Shown: positions 24,492 through 37,395 of the stretch, piece by piece
Layout of the letters: every line of letters starts with the position of its first letter
How positions within the stretch are numbered: the first letter of the stretch is position 1
Assembly (NCBI RefSeq): GCF_003334305.1
Contig: NZ_QOWS01000008.1
Source: Escherichia coli
GTDB lineage: Bacteria; Pseudomonadota; Gammaproteobacteria; Enterobacterales; Enterobacteriaceae
Reading direction: 5' to 3' (one strand)
DNA length: 64,000 nucleotides
The notes under the pieces: generated by a model
Databases searched by the model: none
What the model saw: only the letters and a program-made list of their open reading frames with translations
What the model was told of the DNA's origin: nothing
Translations under genes and position numbers: made by a program

Positions 24492-25337
24492 TTATTTCTC
24501 ACTATCGACCAGGCCGCGCACGAAGGCACGCTGCATCACTAAAACAATCACCACCGGAGGGATAAGCGTTAACAACATCGCCGCCATTACCGAGTTCCAT
24601 TCCGTGGTGCCTTCGCCAGTGGCGATCATCCCTTTGATCCCTGCCACGGTGGTGCCGAGATCAACGTCGGTAATAATCAACAACGGCCACAAATACTGAT
24701 TCCAGCCGTAGATAAAGGTGATCACAAACAGCGCCGCCAGATTAGTTTTGGAGAGCGGAAAAACGATGTCGCAAAAGAAGCGCATTGGCGATGCGCCGTC
24801 GATCCGCGCGGCTTCCACCAGCTCATCCGGCAGCGTCATAAAGAACTGGCGGAACAGGAAAGTAGCGGTCGCCGAGGCCATCAGCGGCAGCGTTAAACCG
24901 GCGTAGCTGTCGAGCATCTGCAGGTTGGCGATGACTTCCACCGTCGGGAAGATACGTACTTCAACCGGCAGCATCAGGGTGATAAAAATCATCCAGAAGA
25001 AGAGGTTACGTAGCGGAAAACGAAACCAGACAATGGCAAATGCCGAGAGCATCGAGACGGTAATTTTGCCGAGCGTAATGCTGAACGCCATCACAAAGCT
25101 GTTAAGCAACATCCGCCAGAACGGCGCGCTATTCGTGCCTACCCCGTTCACCCAGATGTTGTGGATGTTTTCCAGCAGATGTGTGCCGGGGATGAGCGTC
25201 ATCGGCGCGGCATAGACGGCCTGTTTATCCAGCGTCGCCGCGACAAACGCCACGTACAGCGGGAAGAGGATCACCGCGATCCCGAGGATCAGCATGGTAT
25301 GGCTGAATATCGTCAGCCACGGACGGTTCTCAATCAT
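24492..25337 (-). CDS. ugpE: sn-glycerol-3-phosphate ABC transporter permease
   Basis: 281-aa membrane [34 protein letters not shown]. Confidence 0.94.
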   Translation of the reverse strand: MIENRPWLTIFSHTMLILGIAVILFPLYVAFVAATLDKQAVYAAPMTLIPGTHLLENIHNIWVNGVGTNSAPFWRMLLNSFVMAFSITLGKITVSMLSAFAIVWFRFPLRNLFFWMIFITLMLPVEVRIFPTVEVIANLQMLDSYAGLTLPLMASATATFLFRQFFMTLPDELVEAARIDGASPMRFFCDIVFPLSKTNLAALFVITFIYGWNQYLWPLLIITDVDLGTTVAGIKGMIATGEGTTEWNSVMAAMLLTLIPPVVIVLVMQRAFVRGLVDSEK

Positions 25338-26221
25338 TGGTAACGCACCTTGCTTTCAACATAGCGGAACTGCACCACCGTCAGCACGATGACGAGGAAC
25401 ATCAACACCACCGACTGTGCGGCAGACGAAGCCAGATCCAGTCCGGTAAAACCTTCGCGGTAGATCTTATAAATCAGCGTCGTGGTGGCCTGAACCGGCC
25501 CGCCGGACGTGGCGGCGTCGATCACCGGGAAGGTGTCGAAGAAGGCATACACCAGGTTCACTACCAGCAGGAAGAAACTCACCGGGGCGATAAGCGGCAT
25601 CGCAATCTTAAAGAAGCGGCGAATCGGCCCTGCACCGTCGATGGCTGCGGCTTCGATCAACGAACGGGGAATGGATTGCAGCGCGGCATAGAAGAACAGG
25701 AAGTTGTAGCTGATTTGCTTCCATACTGAGGCAAACACCACCAGAAACATTGCCTGACCGCTGTTTTGCGCGTGGTTCCAGTCGTAGCCGAACTCCGCGA
25801 GAAAATGGGTGATCAGCCCGCGACCGGGGTTAAACAGGAAGATCCACAATACGGCGGCAACGGCGGGAGCCACGGCGTAAGGCAGCAACATTAAGGTTTG
25901 ATAGAAACGGCTGCCGCGCACGATGTACTCCACCAGCGCCGCGAAGAACAGCGACACCAGCAAACCGCTGACGGTGACAAAGGTGCTGAATTTTATCGTC
26001 GTCCAGAAGGAGTCGAGATAGTAGCTGTCATGAAACAGCGCGACGAAGTTATCCAGGCCGACAAACTGGCTGGAGAAACCAAACGGATCGACGCTTTGTA
26101 GCGAGTACCACAACGCTTCGCCCGCAGGCCAGATAAAAAAGATAACGGTGATGATGAGCTGCGGCGCGACCAGCAGATAAGGCAGCCAGCGCGAGCGGAA
26201 CACCGGACGGGATGATGACAT
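25334..26221 (-). CDS. ugpA: sn-glycerol-3-phosphate ABC transporter permease
   Basis: 295-aa membrane [32 protein letters not shown]; 4-nt overlap with ugpE. Confidence 0.94.
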   Translation of the reverse strand: MSSSRPVFRSRWLPYLLVAPQLIITVIFFIWPAGEALWYSLQSVDPFGFSSQFVGLDNFVALFHDSYYLDSFWTTIKFSTFVTVSGLLVSLFFAALVEYIVRGSRFYQTLMLLPYAVAPAVAAVLWIFLFNPGRGLITHFLAEFGYDWNHAQNSGQAMFLVVFASVWKQISYNFLFFYAALQSIPRSLIEAAAIDGAGPIRRFFKIAMPLIAPVSFFLLVVNLVYAFFDTFPVIDAATSGGPVQATTTLIYKIYREGFTGLDLASSAAQSVVLMFLVIVLTVVQFRYVESKVRYQ

Positions 26222-26241
26222 TACGGTTAATTCCTGAACTG

Positions 26242-26310
26242 TGCCGGATGCGCTTCGCTTATCCGGCCTACACGCGATGCCAGGTCAGATAAGCGAAACG
26301 CATCCGACAT
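26242..26310. repeat. REP (repetitive extragenic palindromic) elements between ugpB and ugpA
   Basis: TGCCGGATGCGCTTCGCTTATCCGGCCTACA and a second inverted copy GCGATGCCAGGTCAGATAAGCGAAACGCATCCGACAT. Confidence 0.7.
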
Positions 26311-26318
26311 TACACTGA

Positions 26319-27635
26319 TTAAGACTTCGTCGATTTCTCAAAGCGGCGCAGCAACTGATTTCCACGCTCAACGGCGGTATCCAGTGCCTGCTGTGGTGTC
26401 TTCTTACCGGTCCACACGCTCTCCAGCTCTTCATCCACAATCACGCGGATCTGCGGCATGTTGCCCAGACGCAGCCCTTTGGTGAACGGCAACGGCGGCT
26501 TGTTCAGCATCTGACGCGTCGCGGTATCCGCCCCTGGGTTTTTCTCATAAAAGCCCTGCTCACGGGTCAGGTCATACGCTGCTTTGGTGATTGGCAGATA
26601 ACCGGTTTTCTGATGCCACTCGGCAGCGTTTTCTGGCTTCGCGAGGAAGTCGAGGAACTTCGCCACGCCGGTATACGTTTCTTTATTTTTGCCCTGCATC
26701 ACCCACAGGCTGGCCCCGCCGATAATGGCGTTTTGCGGTGCATCTTTCGCATCGGCGTCGTAAGGCATCATGCCTACGCCATAGTTAAATTTGGCGTACT
26801 CACGAATATTAGCGAGAGAACCGGAAGAGGCGGTGGTCATCGCGCAATCACCGTTATAGAACTTCTCGGTGGATTCATCCTTACGACCGACGTAGCTGAA
26901 GTCGCCCTTCTTGTTCATCTCCTCGAGCATGGCGATGTGTTTCACCTGCTCCGGCTTGTTGAACTCCAGCACCGCGTCCGTGCCGTCAAAGCCGTTGTTT
27001 TTGCTGGCAAACGGCAGACCGTTCCAGGCGCTAAAGTTTTCCAGTTGGATCCAGCCCTGCCAGCCGCTGGCGTAGCCGCACTTCATACCGGAGGCTTTCA
27101 GTTTCGCGGCATAGTCCGCCAGATCCTGCCAGGTTTTCGGCGGTTGTTCCGGGTCTAATCCTGCTTTCTTGAAGGCGTCTTTGTTGTAATAGAGAACGGG
27201 GGTCGAGCTGTTGAATGGCTGGGAGAGTAAGTGGCCCGTTTTGCTGTCGGAGTAGTAACCGGAAACCGTCGGCACAAACTGCGACTCATCGAATTGAATC
27301 CCCGCCTCTTTAAACACGTCATATACCGGTTTAATGGCTTTCGATGCCATCATGGTGGCGGTGCCAACTTCATAAACCTGCAAAATAGCCGGAGCGTTGC
27401 CGGTACGAAATGCGGCAATCCCCGCGCTTAAATTCTGTTCGTAGTTGCCTTTATAGGTCGGTACAATTTTGTAATCCGGATTTTCGGCGTTAAAACGTTG
27501 GGCCAGAGAATCCACCTCTTTACCCAGTTCCCCTTCCATAGAATGCCAGAACGGAATGGTCGTCACTGCCTGTGCATTCCCCATTAACGCCAGTCCGAGC
27601 GCCAGTGCTGAAGCTGTATAATGTAACGGTTTCAT
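26319..27635 (-). CDS. ugpB: sn-glycerol-3-phosphate periplasmic binding protein
   Basis: 438-aa ORF with signal peptide [23 protein letters not shown]. Confidence 0.95.
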   Translation of the reverse strand: MKPLHYTASALALGLALMGNAQAVTTIPFWHSMEGELGKEVDSLAQRFNAENPDYKIVPTYKGNYEQNLSAGIAAFRTGNAPAILQVYEVGTATMMASKAIKPVYDVFKEAGIQFDESQFVPTVSGYYSDSKTGHLLSQPFNSSTPVLYYNKDAFKKAGLDPEQPPKTWQDLADYAAKLKASGMKCGYASGWQGWIQLENFSAWNGLPFASKNNGFDGTDAVLEFNKPEQVKHIAMLEEMNKKGDFSYVGRKDESTEKFYNGDCAMTTASSGSLANIREYAKFNYGVGMMPYDADAKDAPQNAIIGGASLWVMQGKNKETYTGVAKFLDFLAKPENAAEWHQKTGYLPITKAAYDLTREQGFYEKNPGADTATRQMLNKPPLPFTKGLRLGNMPQIRVIVDEELESVWTGKKTPQQALDTAVERGNQLLRRFEKSTKS

Positions 27636-27749
27636 CGTTTATCTCTCTTGTTGTACCGAATGCGCGAATTCACGCGTTTTATGCTCGCGGGGTAACATGA
27701 CATGCTCGAATTACAGAAAAATAACTTTTTTGTTACATTTGTAAGATAG

Positions 27750-27776
27750 TAAGGTGTCAGAAAGATGACAAGGCGG
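27750..27776 (-). promoter_or_regulatory. Pho-box-like element in ugpB promoter
   Basis: Minus strand reads CTTGTCATCTTTCTGACAC, resembling the CTGTCATA(A/T)A(T/A)CTGTCAC PhoB consensus; ugp is a known Pho regulon operon. Confidence 0.5.
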
Positions 27777-27870
27777 TGACGGCGTGGGTGAGGGAAAATG
27801 GGAGATGGGGCACGGATAAGCGGAAAAATAGAAGGTCTGAATCAAACTCTACAGATTACTCATCGTTTCA

Positions 27871-27962
27871 TGCCGGATGCGGCGTAAAGGCCTACAAGAT
27901 CGTGCAAATTCAATATATTGCAACTCACCCAGTAGGCCTGATAAGCGCAGCGCATCAGGCAA
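27871..27962. repeat. pair of inverted REP elements (BIME-like) between livF and ugpB
   Basis: TGCCGGATGCGGCGTAAAGGCCTACA ... GTAGGCCTGATAAGCGCAGCGCATCAGGCAA. Confidence 0.7.
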
Positions 27963-28021
27963 TTTTACATTTGTCACCTGTCTCAAAGGAGTCTTTTGAC
28001 TCCTTATCAATCAACGTGTTA

Positions 28022-28735
28022 TTACCCGCCTAAATACGCACTTCTCACCGCTTCATTCGCCAGTAGTGCATCACCAGTATCGGAGAGCACCACATGGCCG
28101 TTTTCCAGCACGTAGCCGCGATCCGCCAGCTTTAGCGCCTGGTTGGCGTTCTGCTCGACGAGGAAGATAGTCATCCCCTGCTCGCGCAGCTGCTCGATGG
28201 TGTCGAAAATTTGCTGGATGATAATCGGCGCAAGACCGAGCGATGGCTCATCAAGTAGCAGCAAACGCGGGTTGCTCATCAGCGCGCGACCAATCGCCAG
28301 CATCTGCTGTTCACCGCCGGACATGGTGCCCGCCCGTTGAACACGGCGCTCATGGAGACGTGGAAACAGCTCATACACCCACTTTATGCGCTCCTGAAAC
28401 TGATCACGTTCGGCAAAAAAGCCGCCCATCGCCAGGTTCTCTTCCACCGTCATCCGCGAGAAGACGCGACGCCCTTCCGGGACAATCGCTACCGCTTCGC
28501 GCATGATTTTCGCCGTTTGCCAGTCGGTAATGTCTTTATCATCAAACACAATTCGCCCGCTGGTGGCACGCGGATCGCCGCATAACGTGCCGAGCAAGGT
28601 GGTTTTCCCCGCCCCGTTCGCGCCAATGAGGGTGACAATCTCGCCCTGATTGATATGCAGGCTCACCTCATGCAGCGCCTGGATTTTGCCGTAGTGGGCG
28701 CTGACTTTGTCAAAGGACAACATGACTTTTTCCAT
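28022..28735 (-). CDS. livF: branched-chain amino acid ABC transporter ATP-binding protein
   Basis: Recognised protein starts MEKVMLSFDKVSAHYGKIQALHEVSL at ATG 28735 (237 aa); Walker A GANGAGKTT. Confidence 0.93.
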   Translation of the reverse strand: MEKVMLSFDKVSAHYGKIQALHEVSLHINQGEIVTLIGANGAGKTTLLGTLCGDPRATSGRIVFDDKDITDWQTAKIMREAVAIVPEGRRVFSRMTVEENLAMGGFFAERDQFQERIKWVYELFPRLHERRVQRAGTMSGGEQQMLAIGRALMSNPRLLLLDEPSLGLAPIIIQQIFDTIEQLREQGMTIFLVEQNANQALKLADRGYVLENGHVVLSDTGDALLANEAVRSAYLGG

Positions 28736-28736
28736 C

Positions 28737-29504
28737 TTATGCCTCACCTAAATAGGCACGGATCACGTCCGGGTTATTACGGATTTGCTCCGGCGTACCG
28801 TTTGCCAGTGGCGTCCCCTGATTGACCACGTAAATTCGGTCCGAAATTCCCATCACCAGCTTCATATCGTGTTCAATCAACAAGATAGTGGTGTTGTGAT
28901 GATTGCGCAGTTCGGCAATCAGCTCATCCAGCTCTTTCGTCTCTTTCGGGTTAAGACCTGCCGCCGGTTCGTCGAGCATTAAAATCTCCGGCTGCGTCAC
29001 CATGCAGCGGGCAATCTCCAGACGGCGTTGGTCACCATAGGCCAGGTTACTCGCCTGACGGTTGGCGTGTTCCAGCAAACCAATGCGCTCAAGCCAGGTG
29101 GCGGCGCGGTCGAGCGCTTCGCTCTGGGCGCGACGGAAAGATGGCGTTTTCAACAGGCCAGAGAACAGCCCGGTTTTCAGTTGCTGATGCTGCGCCACCA
29201 GCAGGTTTTCAATTACCGTCATTTCACGGAACAGACGCACATGCTGGAAGGTACGCACCACGCCCATGCGGGCAATTTGCTGCCCCGGTAAACCTTCCAG
29301 ATGCTGATCACGCAGTAAAATAGTGCCGCCGGTGGGTTTGTAGAATCCGGTCAGGCAGTTAAAAACCGTGGTTTTTCCGGCACCGTTAGGGCCGATTAAC
29401 GAGACGATCTCCTGCGGGTACAGTTCAAGATTGACGTTGTTCACCGCCAGCAAGCCGCCGAAGCGCATCATCAGACCGTTAACAGATAATAATGGCTGAC
29501 TCAT
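28737..29504 (-). CDS. livG: branched-chain amino acid ABC transporter ATP-binding protein
   Basis: 255-aa [33 protein letters not shown]; Walker [10 protein letters not shown]. Confidence 0.95.
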   Translation of the reverse strand: MSQPLLSVNGLMMRFGGLLAVNNVNLELYPQEIVSLIGPNGAGKTTVFNCLTGFYKPTGGTILLRDQHLEGLPGQQIARMGVVRTFQHVRLFREMTVIENLLVAQHQQLKTGLFSGLLKTPSFRRAQSEALDRAATWLERIGLLEHANRQASNLAYGDQRRLEIARCMVTQPEILMLDEPAAGLNPKETKELDELIAELRNHHNTTILLIEHDMKLVMGISDRIYVVNQGTPLANGTPEQIRNNPDVIRAYLGEA

Positions 29505-30778
29505 GCCTGCTCTCCTTTCGCTGCGCCGTTTTTCAGCTTCAGTTGCGGGCGCGTCATGGGCAGCAAGCCCTGCGGACGCCAGATCATCATCAGCACCATC
29601 AAACCACCGAGCATTAACATGCTGTATTCGTTGAAATCACGCATCAACTCGCGCGACACCACCAGCAAAATTGCCGCCAGAATCACCGCAAATTGCGAGC
29701 CCATACCGCCGAGCACCACTATCGCCAGCACAAACGCCGATTCGGCAAAGGTGAAGGATTCCGGGCTGACAAAGCCCTGACGCGCAGCAAACAGCGTTCC
29801 GGCAAAACCGGCAAACGCGGCACTGATGGTAAAAGCGGTCAGCTTGATACGACGCGGGCTTAAACCCAGCGAACGGCAGGCGATCTCGTCTTCACGCAAC
29901 GCTTCCCACGCACGCCCCAGCGGCATCCGCAGCAGGCGGTTAATGACAAACAGACTTAATACCACCAGCAGCAACGCCACCAGGTAGAGGAAGATGACAC
30001 GATCGGAGGGATCGTATTTCAGGCCAAAGAAATTACTGAACGTGTCCCAGCCGCCTTCACGAGCGGTACGGCTGAACTCGAGTCCGAAGAGTGTCGGTTT
30101 CGGGATCTGACTGATTCCGTTCGGGCCGCCGGTAATTTCGGTATTATTGAGCAACAATATGCGCACAATTTCGCCGAAACCGAGGGTAACGATCGCCAGA
30201 TAGTCACCGCGCAAGCGAAGCACCGGAAAGCCGAGCAGGAAGCCCGCCGCCGCGGCCATTAACCCGGCAATCGGCAGACAGGTCCAGAAGCCCAGGCCGT
30301 AATAGTGATTGAGCAGCGCAAAAGTGTAAGCGCCGATGGCGTAAAAGCCGCCGTACCCCAGCACCAGCAGACCAGAAAGACCAACAACCACGTTCAGCCC
30401 GAGACCGAGAATAATGTAGATCATGGTCAGGGTGGCGATATCCACCGTCCCGCGCGACACCATAAACGGCCACGCCACCGCAAGCACCAGCAGCGCCACG
30501 AGGAACAGCTTTTGCTTCACCGTGGAGCCATCAATTGCAGGCAGAATAAACTTCGGTCCGGAAACGCTTTTCAGCCCTTTCTGGAAAGCAGGTCGCAAAA
30601 GCTGAAAGAAAAAGACCACCGCCGTGCCGATAAACACCCACTGCCAACGGATGTCTGAAGCCGTGTCGACCACCAGTTTGGTGCCATCCAGCTCCAGTTG
30701 TACGCCCATAAAGACGCCCGCCAGGACAAAAAACATCGCGGCAGAGAGCAACGCCATTGCAATATGCATCGGTTTCAT
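29501..30778 (-). CDS. livM: branched-chain amino acid ABC transporter permease
   Basis: 425-aa membrane ORF; 4-nt overlaps with livG and livH. Confidence 0.94.
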   Translation of the reverse strand: MKPMHIAMALLSAAMFFVLAGVFMGVQLELDGTKLVVDTASDIRWQWVFIGTAVVFFFQLLRPAFQKGLKSVSGPKFILPAIDGSTVKQKLFLVALLVLAVAWPFMVSRGTVDIATLTMIYIILGLGLNVVVGLSGLLVLGYGGFYAIGAYTFALLNHYYGLGFWTCLPIAGLMAAAAGFLLGFPVLRLRGDYLAIVTLGFGEIVRILLLNNTEITGGPNGISQIPKPTLFGLEFSRTAREGGWDTFSNFFGLKYDPSDRVIFLYLVALLLVVLSLFVINRLLRMPLGRAWEALREDEIACRSLGLSPRRIKLTAFTISAAFAGFAGTLFAARQGFVSPESFTFAESAFVLAIVVLGGMGSQFAVILAAILLVVSRELMRDFNEYSMLMLGGLMVLMMIWRPQGLLPMTRPQLKLKNGAAKGEQA

Positions 30779-31701
30779 ACTTTCTCTACCTCCGGGCGAC
30801 CCAGAATACCGGTCGGCATCACCAGCAGCACCAGAATCAGCAGGGCAAATGAAACCACATCCTTATATTCCGTACTCAGATAGGCAGAAGAGAGCGCCTC
30901 CGCAATCCCCAGAATCAGCCCGCCAATCATCGCCCCCGGAATACTGCCAATCCCACCGAGCACCGCAGCGGTAAAGGCTTTCATCCCGGCCATAAAGCCG
31001 ATGTAGGGGTTAATCACACCGTAGAACTGACCGAGCAGTACACCGGCCACCGCCGCCATTGCCGCGCCAATCACAAAGGTCAGCGCAATCACCCGGTCGG
31101 TGTTGATGCCAAGCAGGCTCGCCATTTTCAGATCTTCCGCGCAGGCACGACAGGCGCGCCCCATACGGGAATAGCGAATGAAAATCGTCAGCGCCAGCAT
31201 GGCGAGGAAAGTAACAATCCAGATCACCGCCTGCATGGTGGTAATAGAGGCAGAGAAGTTTTCGCTATGGCCCACCACCCACTGCCCGTTAAACAGGCTC
31301 GGCAGCGCCACGTCGCGCGAACCTTCGGTCAGGCTGACATAGTTTTGCAGGAAGATGGACATACCGATTGCCGAGATGAGCGCAATCAGGCGCTTGGAGT
31401 TGCGCACCGGGCGATAGGCCACCCGTTCGATACTCCAGCCGTAGGCGCTGGCGATGACGATTGCGCCGACGAATCCCGCCGCCACCAGCAGCCAGCCGGT
31501 ATCAATGCCCATCATCATCAGCGCGGCGATGATCATAAATGAGACATAGCTGCCGATCATATAAACCTCGCCGTGGGCGAAGTTGATCATGCCGATAATG
31601 CCGTAAACCATGGTGTAGCCGATGGCAATCAGCGCGTAGGTACTGCCCAGCGTGACGCCGTTAAACATCTGCTGCAAGAAATATAAAAACTGCTCAGACA
31701 T
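30775..31701 (-). CDS. livH: branched-chain amino acid ABC transporter permease
   Basis: 308-aa membrane [37 protein letters not shown]. Confidence 0.95.
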   Translation of the reverse strand: MSEQFLYFLQQMFNGVTLGSTYALIAIGYTMVYGIIGMINFAHGEVYMIGSYVSFMIIAALMMMGIDTGWLLVAAGFVGAIVIASAYGWSIERVAYRPVRNSKRLIALISAIGMSIFLQNYVSLTEGSRDVALPSLFNGQWVVGHSENFSASITTMQAVIWIVTFLAMLALTIFIRYSRMGRACRACAEDLKMASLLGINTDRVIALTFVIGAAMAAVAGVLLGQFYGVINPYIGFMAGMKAFTAAVLGGIGSIPGAMIGGLILGIAEALSSAYLSTEYKDVVSFALLILVLLVMPTGILGRPEVEKV

Positions 31702-31748
31702 AAGGTAACCTTTCTAAACCCGCCCGTTTTTCACGGGCGGTGGGATGA

Positions 31749-32858
31749 TCACTTGGCTGCCGTGGATGAACCGTCGGCGTGCCACTGGAAGACACCAAAA
31801 TCAAATCCCTTAAGATCGCCTTTTTCATCCCAGTTCAGCGGCCCAATCACGGTGTTTGCACCGTTTGCTTTTAAATCTTTCACCAGCGCCAGCGGCTCAT
31901 CGCTGCCGGTACGCTCAAGGGCTGTTGCCAGAGATTGCACCGCCGCGTAAGTGATCCAGACATAAGGCCCGGACGGATCTTTCTTGTCTGCTTTCAGCGC
32001 ATCAACGATGCCCTGGTTTGCCGGATCCTGGTCATAGCGTTTTGGCATGGTGACCAACATGCCTTCGGCAGCATCGCCAGCAATATTCGACAGCGACGCA
32101 TTACCCACACCTTCCGGCCCCATAAACTGGGTTTTCAGGCCAACGGAACGGGCCTGGCGCAGCATCTGCCCCATTTCCGGGTAGTAACCGCCGTAGTAAA
32201 CGAAGTCGATGTTTTCTTTTTTCAGGCGGGCGATCAGCGCGGAGAAATCTTTCTCGCCAGCGGTAATGCCGTCGAAGAAAACAACATTGGCGTTAGCCGC
32301 TTTCAGCCCGTCCTGCACCGAACGTGCCAGCCCTTCGCCATATTGTTGTTTGTCGTGAATGATGGCGATGCGCTGGGGCTTCACCGTCTCAAGAATGTAT
32401 TTTGCCGCCGTTGGCCCCTGGGAAGAGTCCAGCCCGGCAGTACGCATAATGTGTTGATAACCGCGTTGGGTCAGCTCCGGGTTGGTCGCTCCCGGCGAGA
32501 TCATCAGAATACCTTCGTCTTCATAGATATCTGACGCAGGCTGGGTAGAAGAAGAACACAGATGACCAATAACGTATTTAATGCCGTCATTAACGATTTT
32601 GTTGGCGACCGCAACGGCTTGTTTCGGGTCGCAGGCGTCGTCATATTCCACGCCAACCAGCTTGTCGCCCTTAATTCCCCCTTTGGCATTAATGTCTTTA
32701 ATCGCCTGACGCGCGCCGTTAAATTCCATATCACCCCACTGGGCAATCGGGCCGGACATCGCGCCGACAACGGCGACTTTAATATCGTCAGCCATAGCGG
32801 TGTGTGAAATTGCCAGTGCAATCATCCCTGCGATGATAGTTTTCGCATTCCGTTTCAT
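31749..32858 (-). CDS. livK: leucine-specific periplasmic binding protein
   Basis: Recognised protein starts [23 protein letters not shown] at ATG 32858 (369 aa); paralog of livJ. Confidence 0.94.
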
Positions 32859-33281
32859 AGTCAAAAATCCCCATTCGTGATGTTGTGTTGCTTTGTTTTT
32901 ATGTGTTAACAAATCAGACTGTTCTTTTTTTATACTGCACTGTTTTTGCCTGTCTGATTAAGGGTTTAGCGCAGTATTTTGTGATAATAGCGATTAAAAT
33001 CCCTATTTTTCAGTCGATTAAGAACAGATAATATTCTGAATTTATTGATAGATAAACAGAAAAAAGTGCCTTTGTCAGCATAAAATAACGGCACAAAGGG
33101 CGGAATAATTCACTACCATTCAGGGGATTATGCTGGGTATTTTTCATTCTCTAATGTTTTAACTTTGTAATTATTGCTGTTAAAAAATTAATCACCTGCC
33201 AAAAGAAATAAAAAAGAGAAAGCCTCCGATTAAATTATTTCGCTACACTGGTTCCACTTTTGTGATTTACACGGGTTACCC

Positions 33282-33665
33282 ATGAAGCTGACCATCATTC
33301 GATTAGAAAACTTTAGCGACCAGGACCGGATTGACCTGCAAAAGATCTGGCCGGAGTATTCCCCTTCCTCTTTACAGGTTGACGATAACCACCGTATCTA
33401 CGCCGCGCGTTTTAACGAGCGCCTGCTCGCTGCCGTACGGGTAACCTTAAGCGGCACCGAGGGAGCACTGGATTCCCTGCGTGTGCGGGAAGTCACCCGA
33501 CGTCGCGGTGTGGGGCAATATCTGCTGGAAGAGGTTTTGCGTAACAATCCTGGCGTTTCATGCTGGTGGATGGCGGATGCAGGCGTGGAAGATCGCGGTG
33601 TGATGACGGCGTTTATGCAGGCACTGGGATTTACGGCACAGCAGGGCGGCTGGGAGAAGCGTTAA
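33282..33665 (+). CDS. panZ: PanD maturation factor (GNAT-like)
   Basis: 127-aa ORF MKLTIIRLENFSDQDRIDLQKIWPEYSPSSLQVDDNHRIYAARFNERLLAAVRV; position between livK and livJ. Confidence 0.9.
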   Translation: MKLTIIRLENFSDQDRIDLQKIWPEYSPSSLQVDDNHRIYAARFNERLLAAVRVTLSGTEGALDSLRVREVTRRRGVGQYLLEEVLRNNPGVSCWWMADAGVEDRGVMTAFMQALGFTAQQGGWEKR

Positions 33666-33706
33666 TCGTCAAGTTTGATTTCAAAAGTGATGACCAACGA
33701 GAAATT

Positions 33707-33806
<100 letters not shown>

Positions 33807-33864
33807 TGAAGCAACGTACTCGATATTAGCAATTTGGCGGCAACCCAAAGTTGCCGATTAATGA

Positions 33865-34968
33865 TTACTTCGCATCGGTTGCCGTGCCGTTGGCGTGCCA
33901 GTCAAATACGCCGAACTCAAAGCCTTTCAGATCGCCTTTCTCATCCCACGTCAGCGGCCCCATCACGGTATCAACCGAGTTCGCTTTCAGGTATTTGGCG
34001 ATTTCAGCCGGATCGTCAGACTGATTCAGGCCCGCCTGCAAAGATTGCAGCGCGGCGTAGGTGGTCCAGACGAACGCGCCACTTGGATCCTGTTTTTTCG
34101 CTTTGATGGCGTCAACAATGGGTTTGTTCGCCGGAACCTGATCGTAGTTCTTCGGCTTGGTCACCAGCAGCCCTTCCGCTGATTCGCCCGCAATGTTAGA
34201 CAGCGAAACGTTAGCCACACCTTCCGGCCCCATAAACTGAGTTTTCAGCCCTGCCGCGCGTGCCTGACGCAGGATTTGCCCCATTTCCGGGTGATAACCG
34301 CCGTAGTAAACGAAGTCGATATTCTCTTTTTTCAGACGCGCCACCAGCGTTGAGAAATCTTTTTCCCCGGCGGTGATACCATCAAAGAACACCACGTTAG
34401 CATTGCCTTTCTTCAGGCCGTCCTGCACCGCTCGCGCCAGACCTTCGCCGTATTGCTGTTTGTCGTGAACGATAGCAATACGCTGCGGTTTCACTTTCTC
34501 AAGAATATATTTCGCCGCCGTCGGCCCCTGGTCGGAGTCCAGGCCGGTGGTGCGCAGGATCAGCTGATAGCCACGGGCGGTCAGCTCCGGCGCGGTTGCC
34601 GCTGGGGTGATCATTAAAATGCCTTCGTCTTCGTAGATGTCAGACGCAGGCTGCGTTGATGAAGAACAGAGGTGACCAATCACATATTTAATGCCGTCGT
34701 TAACGACTTTGTTCGCCACCGCAACCGCCTGTTTCGGGTCACAGGCATCGTCATATTTTACGATTTGCAGTTTGTTGCCTTTAATGCCGCCTTTAGCGTT
34801 GATATCCGCAACCGCCTGCTCTGCGCCGGTAAACTCCTGGTCACCGTACTGCGCAACCGGACCGGACATTGCGCCCACGACCGCGACTTTAATATCTTCT
34901 GCCAGAGCCATATTGCTGAATGCCAGCGCGATACATCCTGCCAGTAACGCTTTACCCTTTATATTCAT
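33865..34968 (-). CDS. livJ: Leu/Ile/Val periplasmic binding protein
   Basis: Recognised protein starts [23 protein letters not shown] at ATG 34968 (367 aa); ORF track extends to 35025. Confidence 0.94.
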   Translation of the reverse strand: MNIKGKALLAGCIALAFSNMALAEDIKVAVVGAMSGPVAQYGDQEFTGAEQAVADINAKGGIKGNKLQIVKYDDACDPKQAVAVANKVVNDGIKYVIGHLCSSSTQPASDIYEDEGILMITPAATAPELTARGYQLILRTTGLDSDQGPTAAKYILEKVKPQRIAIVHDKQQYGEGLARAVQDGLKKGNANVVFFDGITAGEKDFSTLVARLKKENIDFVYYGGYHPEMGQILRQARAAGLKTQFMGPEGVANVSLSNIAGESAEGLLVTKPKNYDQVPANKPIVDAIKAKKQDPSGAFVWTTYAALQSLQAGLNQSDDPAEIAKYLKANSVDTVMGPLTWDEKGDLKGFEFGVFDWHANGTATDAK

Positions 34969-35187
34969 CCTGAGAATCCCCATTCTTCTGGTTATTACGT
35001 GTGTTGTGGTGTTGTGATTCAGCACTTTATTTCGTTTTATGCATGACTACCCGTGCTTTAGCAGCATACTCTGCTAAAACATACCCCATTTTTATGATAT
35101 TGGAATAGCTATTTTGACAGTTTATTAACAATCTGCGTGGGGATTGACGTTTTGCCGGAGGGGGAATTGATTATTGTAGAGGCCCAA

Positions 35188-35218
35188 AAAACAAAAACCC
35201 CGGACTCTCATCCAGGGT
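35188..35218 (-). terminator. Rho-independent terminator of rpoH
   Basis: Minus strand: CCCUGGA-UGAGAG-UCCGGGG hairpin followed by UUUUUGUUUUUU, 20 nt after rpoH stop. Confidence 0.7.
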
Positions 35219-35238
35219 TCTCTGCTTAATAGCGGAAA

Positions 35239-36093
35239 TTACGCTTCAATAGCGGCGCGAAGTTTTTTCATCGCGTTCTTTTCCAGTTGGCGCACACGTT
35301 CAGCGGAAACACCGTAACGGTCAGCCAGTTCCTGCAACGTGGACTTGTTGTCTTCGTCCAGCCAGCGCGCACGGATGATGTCCTGGCTGCGTTCGTCCAG
35401 ACCCTGCATCGCGTCGGTCAGACGGTTTGCCGCCTGCTCTTCCCAGTTATCATCTTCGATGCCGTCGGCAAAGTTAGATGATTTATCCTGCAGATAGAGC
35501 ACCGGTGCCATCGGCTGGCTGTCGGAATCGTCGTCGGAAAACAGGTCAAAGGTCATGTCCTGTGCCGCCATACGTGATTCCATCTCACGTACGTCTTTGC
35601 TGGTTACGCCCAGTTCACGGGCCACCATTTCAACTTCATCCTGATTAAACCAGCCCAGACGCTGCTTGGTTTTACGCAGGTTGAAGAACAGTTTGCGCTG
35701 CGCTTTGGTAGTCGCAACTTTGACGATACGCCAGTTACGCAGAACGTATTCGTGGATCTCTGCTTTGATCCAGTGGACGGCGAAGGAGACCAGGCGCACA
35801 CCCACTTCCGGGTTGAAACGGCGCACTGCTTTCATCAGGCCGATGTTACCTTCCTGAATCAAATCCGCCTGTGGCAGGCCATAGCCCGCATAATTACGAG
35901 CAATATGAACAACAAACCGCAGGTGAGACAGGATCAGCGTTTTAGCTGCTTCCAGATCGCCATGGTAATGCAGCTTTTCAGCCAGCGCCCGCTCCTCGTC
36001 AGCCGACAACATCGGCCACGCGTTAGCTGCCCGGATGTAGGAATCCAGGTTGCCAACTGGGGCTAAAGCTAAACTTTGCATTTTGTCAGTCAT
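35239..36093 (-). CDS. rpoH: RNA polymerase sigma-32 (heat shock sigma factor)
   Basis: 284-aa [76 protein letters not shown]. Confidence 0.97.
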   Translation of the reverse strand: MTDKMQSLALAPVGNLDSYIRAANAWPMLSADEERALAEKLHYHGDLEAAKTLILSHLRFVVHIARNYAGYGLPQADLIQEGNIGLMKAVRRFNPEVGVRLVSFAVHWIKAEIHEYVLRNWRIVKVATTKAQRKLFFNLRKTKQRLGWFNQDEVEMVARELGVTSKDVREMESRMAAQDMTFDLFSDDDSDSQPMAPVLYLQDKSSNFADGIEDDNWEEQAANRLTDAMQGLDERSQDIIRARWLDEDNKSTLQELADRYGVSAERVRQLEKNAMKKLRAAIEA

Positions 36094-36186
36094 TCAAATC
36101 CTCTCAATCGATATCTTCTGGCGCTTCAGTGGTAGCAACAACTGTGCCAGAGCTTAAGAGCAACGAGGTTATCATTCACTGTTTTA

Positions 36187-36213
36187 TCAGACCGTGATTT
36201 TATCCACAAGTTC
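36187..36213 (-). promoter_or_regulatory. sigma-E-type promoter (rpoH P3) overlapping a DnaA box
   Basis: Minus strand reads GAACTTGTGGATAAAATCACGGTCTGA: -35 GAACTT, 16-nt spacer, -10 TCTGA; a perfect TTATCCACA DnaA box lies at 36200..36208 on the plus strand. Confidence 0.65.
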
Positions 36214-36336
36214 AATGCAAGCTTGTGAATAAATTACGCACAAAATGTGACATAGAGATGAAATACCGGGAAGAGACAACGGGATCTCTTTCCCTGCTAC
36301 GGAACCCATTGCAGGGAAGAGTATAACACGCTTTTA

Positions 36337-37395
36337 TTATTCAGGCGTAAAGTGGCGTAAATGTTGTACCGTGGCAAGCCACGCTGCCACCCAGCCAATC
36401 ATCGAGCATACCAGCAGCAATAGCAGGCATTCATCGAACGATAAGCCATTGATATCAAACTTCGTTCCGAAAACCTGTGCCACTTCTGCAACCGCCGATG
36501 ACAAACGCAGTACCAGAATTTCTGACAAAATTAATGACAGCAATGCGCCAGAAAATCCCAGCAGTGCGCCACCATACAGGAACGGGCGAAGGATGAAACC
36601 ATCCGTCGCACCAATCAGTTTCTGCACGTTGATGGAGTCACGGCGAGCAAAGATGCTCAGACGTACGCTGTTGCCGATGACGAGGAACACTGCCGCCACC
36701 ATCAACACGCCGATCATCGCCGAAACGCGCCCGACCAGCCCGGTCAACGCCGCCAGACGGGCAAACCAGCTGTCATCCATCCGCACTTCGTCAATGCCGT
36801 TAATCTGCGTGATACGATCACGCAGCGTATTGAGTGATTCCGTCCCCTGAAAATCGAGTTTCGGGATCACCACCGCCACTGCCGGAAGCGGGTTTTCTTC
36901 CAGCATATCCAGCGCACCACCAAAACCAGACCAGTTACGGAACTCGCCCAGTGCGTCTTCACGAGAAAGATAGTTCACTTTCTCCACGCCTTGCTCGGCC
37001 TGCAACTGTGCCACCACGCCCGCAGCGGCGTCATCGTCCAGCGTTTTTTGCAAGTAAACAGTGATTTGCGGTGACGGATAATACTGCGTCGCCGCCTGAT
37101 TAACGTTTTTGTACACCATATAACAGACGCTGGGCAGCGTCAGGGAGATGGCGATAACCATCACCGTTAAAAACGTGGCGAACGGTTTGCTTTTCAGATC
37201 CTGCAATGCGCCGTGGAAGGCATAGCGCACCTGTTCGTTGAAAACGTTGGTTTTACGATTTACCGGTTTTGGCGAGGATTTCGCGCGTTTCGGGGCGTTA
37301 CGACCGCCGTCGCCAGAGCCGCCGACCGATTTACGGAAGCGATCAAGACGCCCGCCAAACTGCCGAATATGATTGATTGCATCGCGCTTATTCAT
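36337..37395 (-). CDS. ftsX: cell division ABC-transporter-like permease
   Basis: Recognised protein starts [26 protein letters not shown] at ATG 37395 (352 aa); overlaps ftsE 3' end by 8 nt. Confidence 0.94.

Noticed and set aside
26613-27158. 181-aa plus-strand ORF
   Set aside because: Antisense within ugpB; shadow ORF.
36371-36850. 159-aa plus-strand ORF
   Set aside because: Antisense within ftsX; low-complexity translation; shadow ORF.
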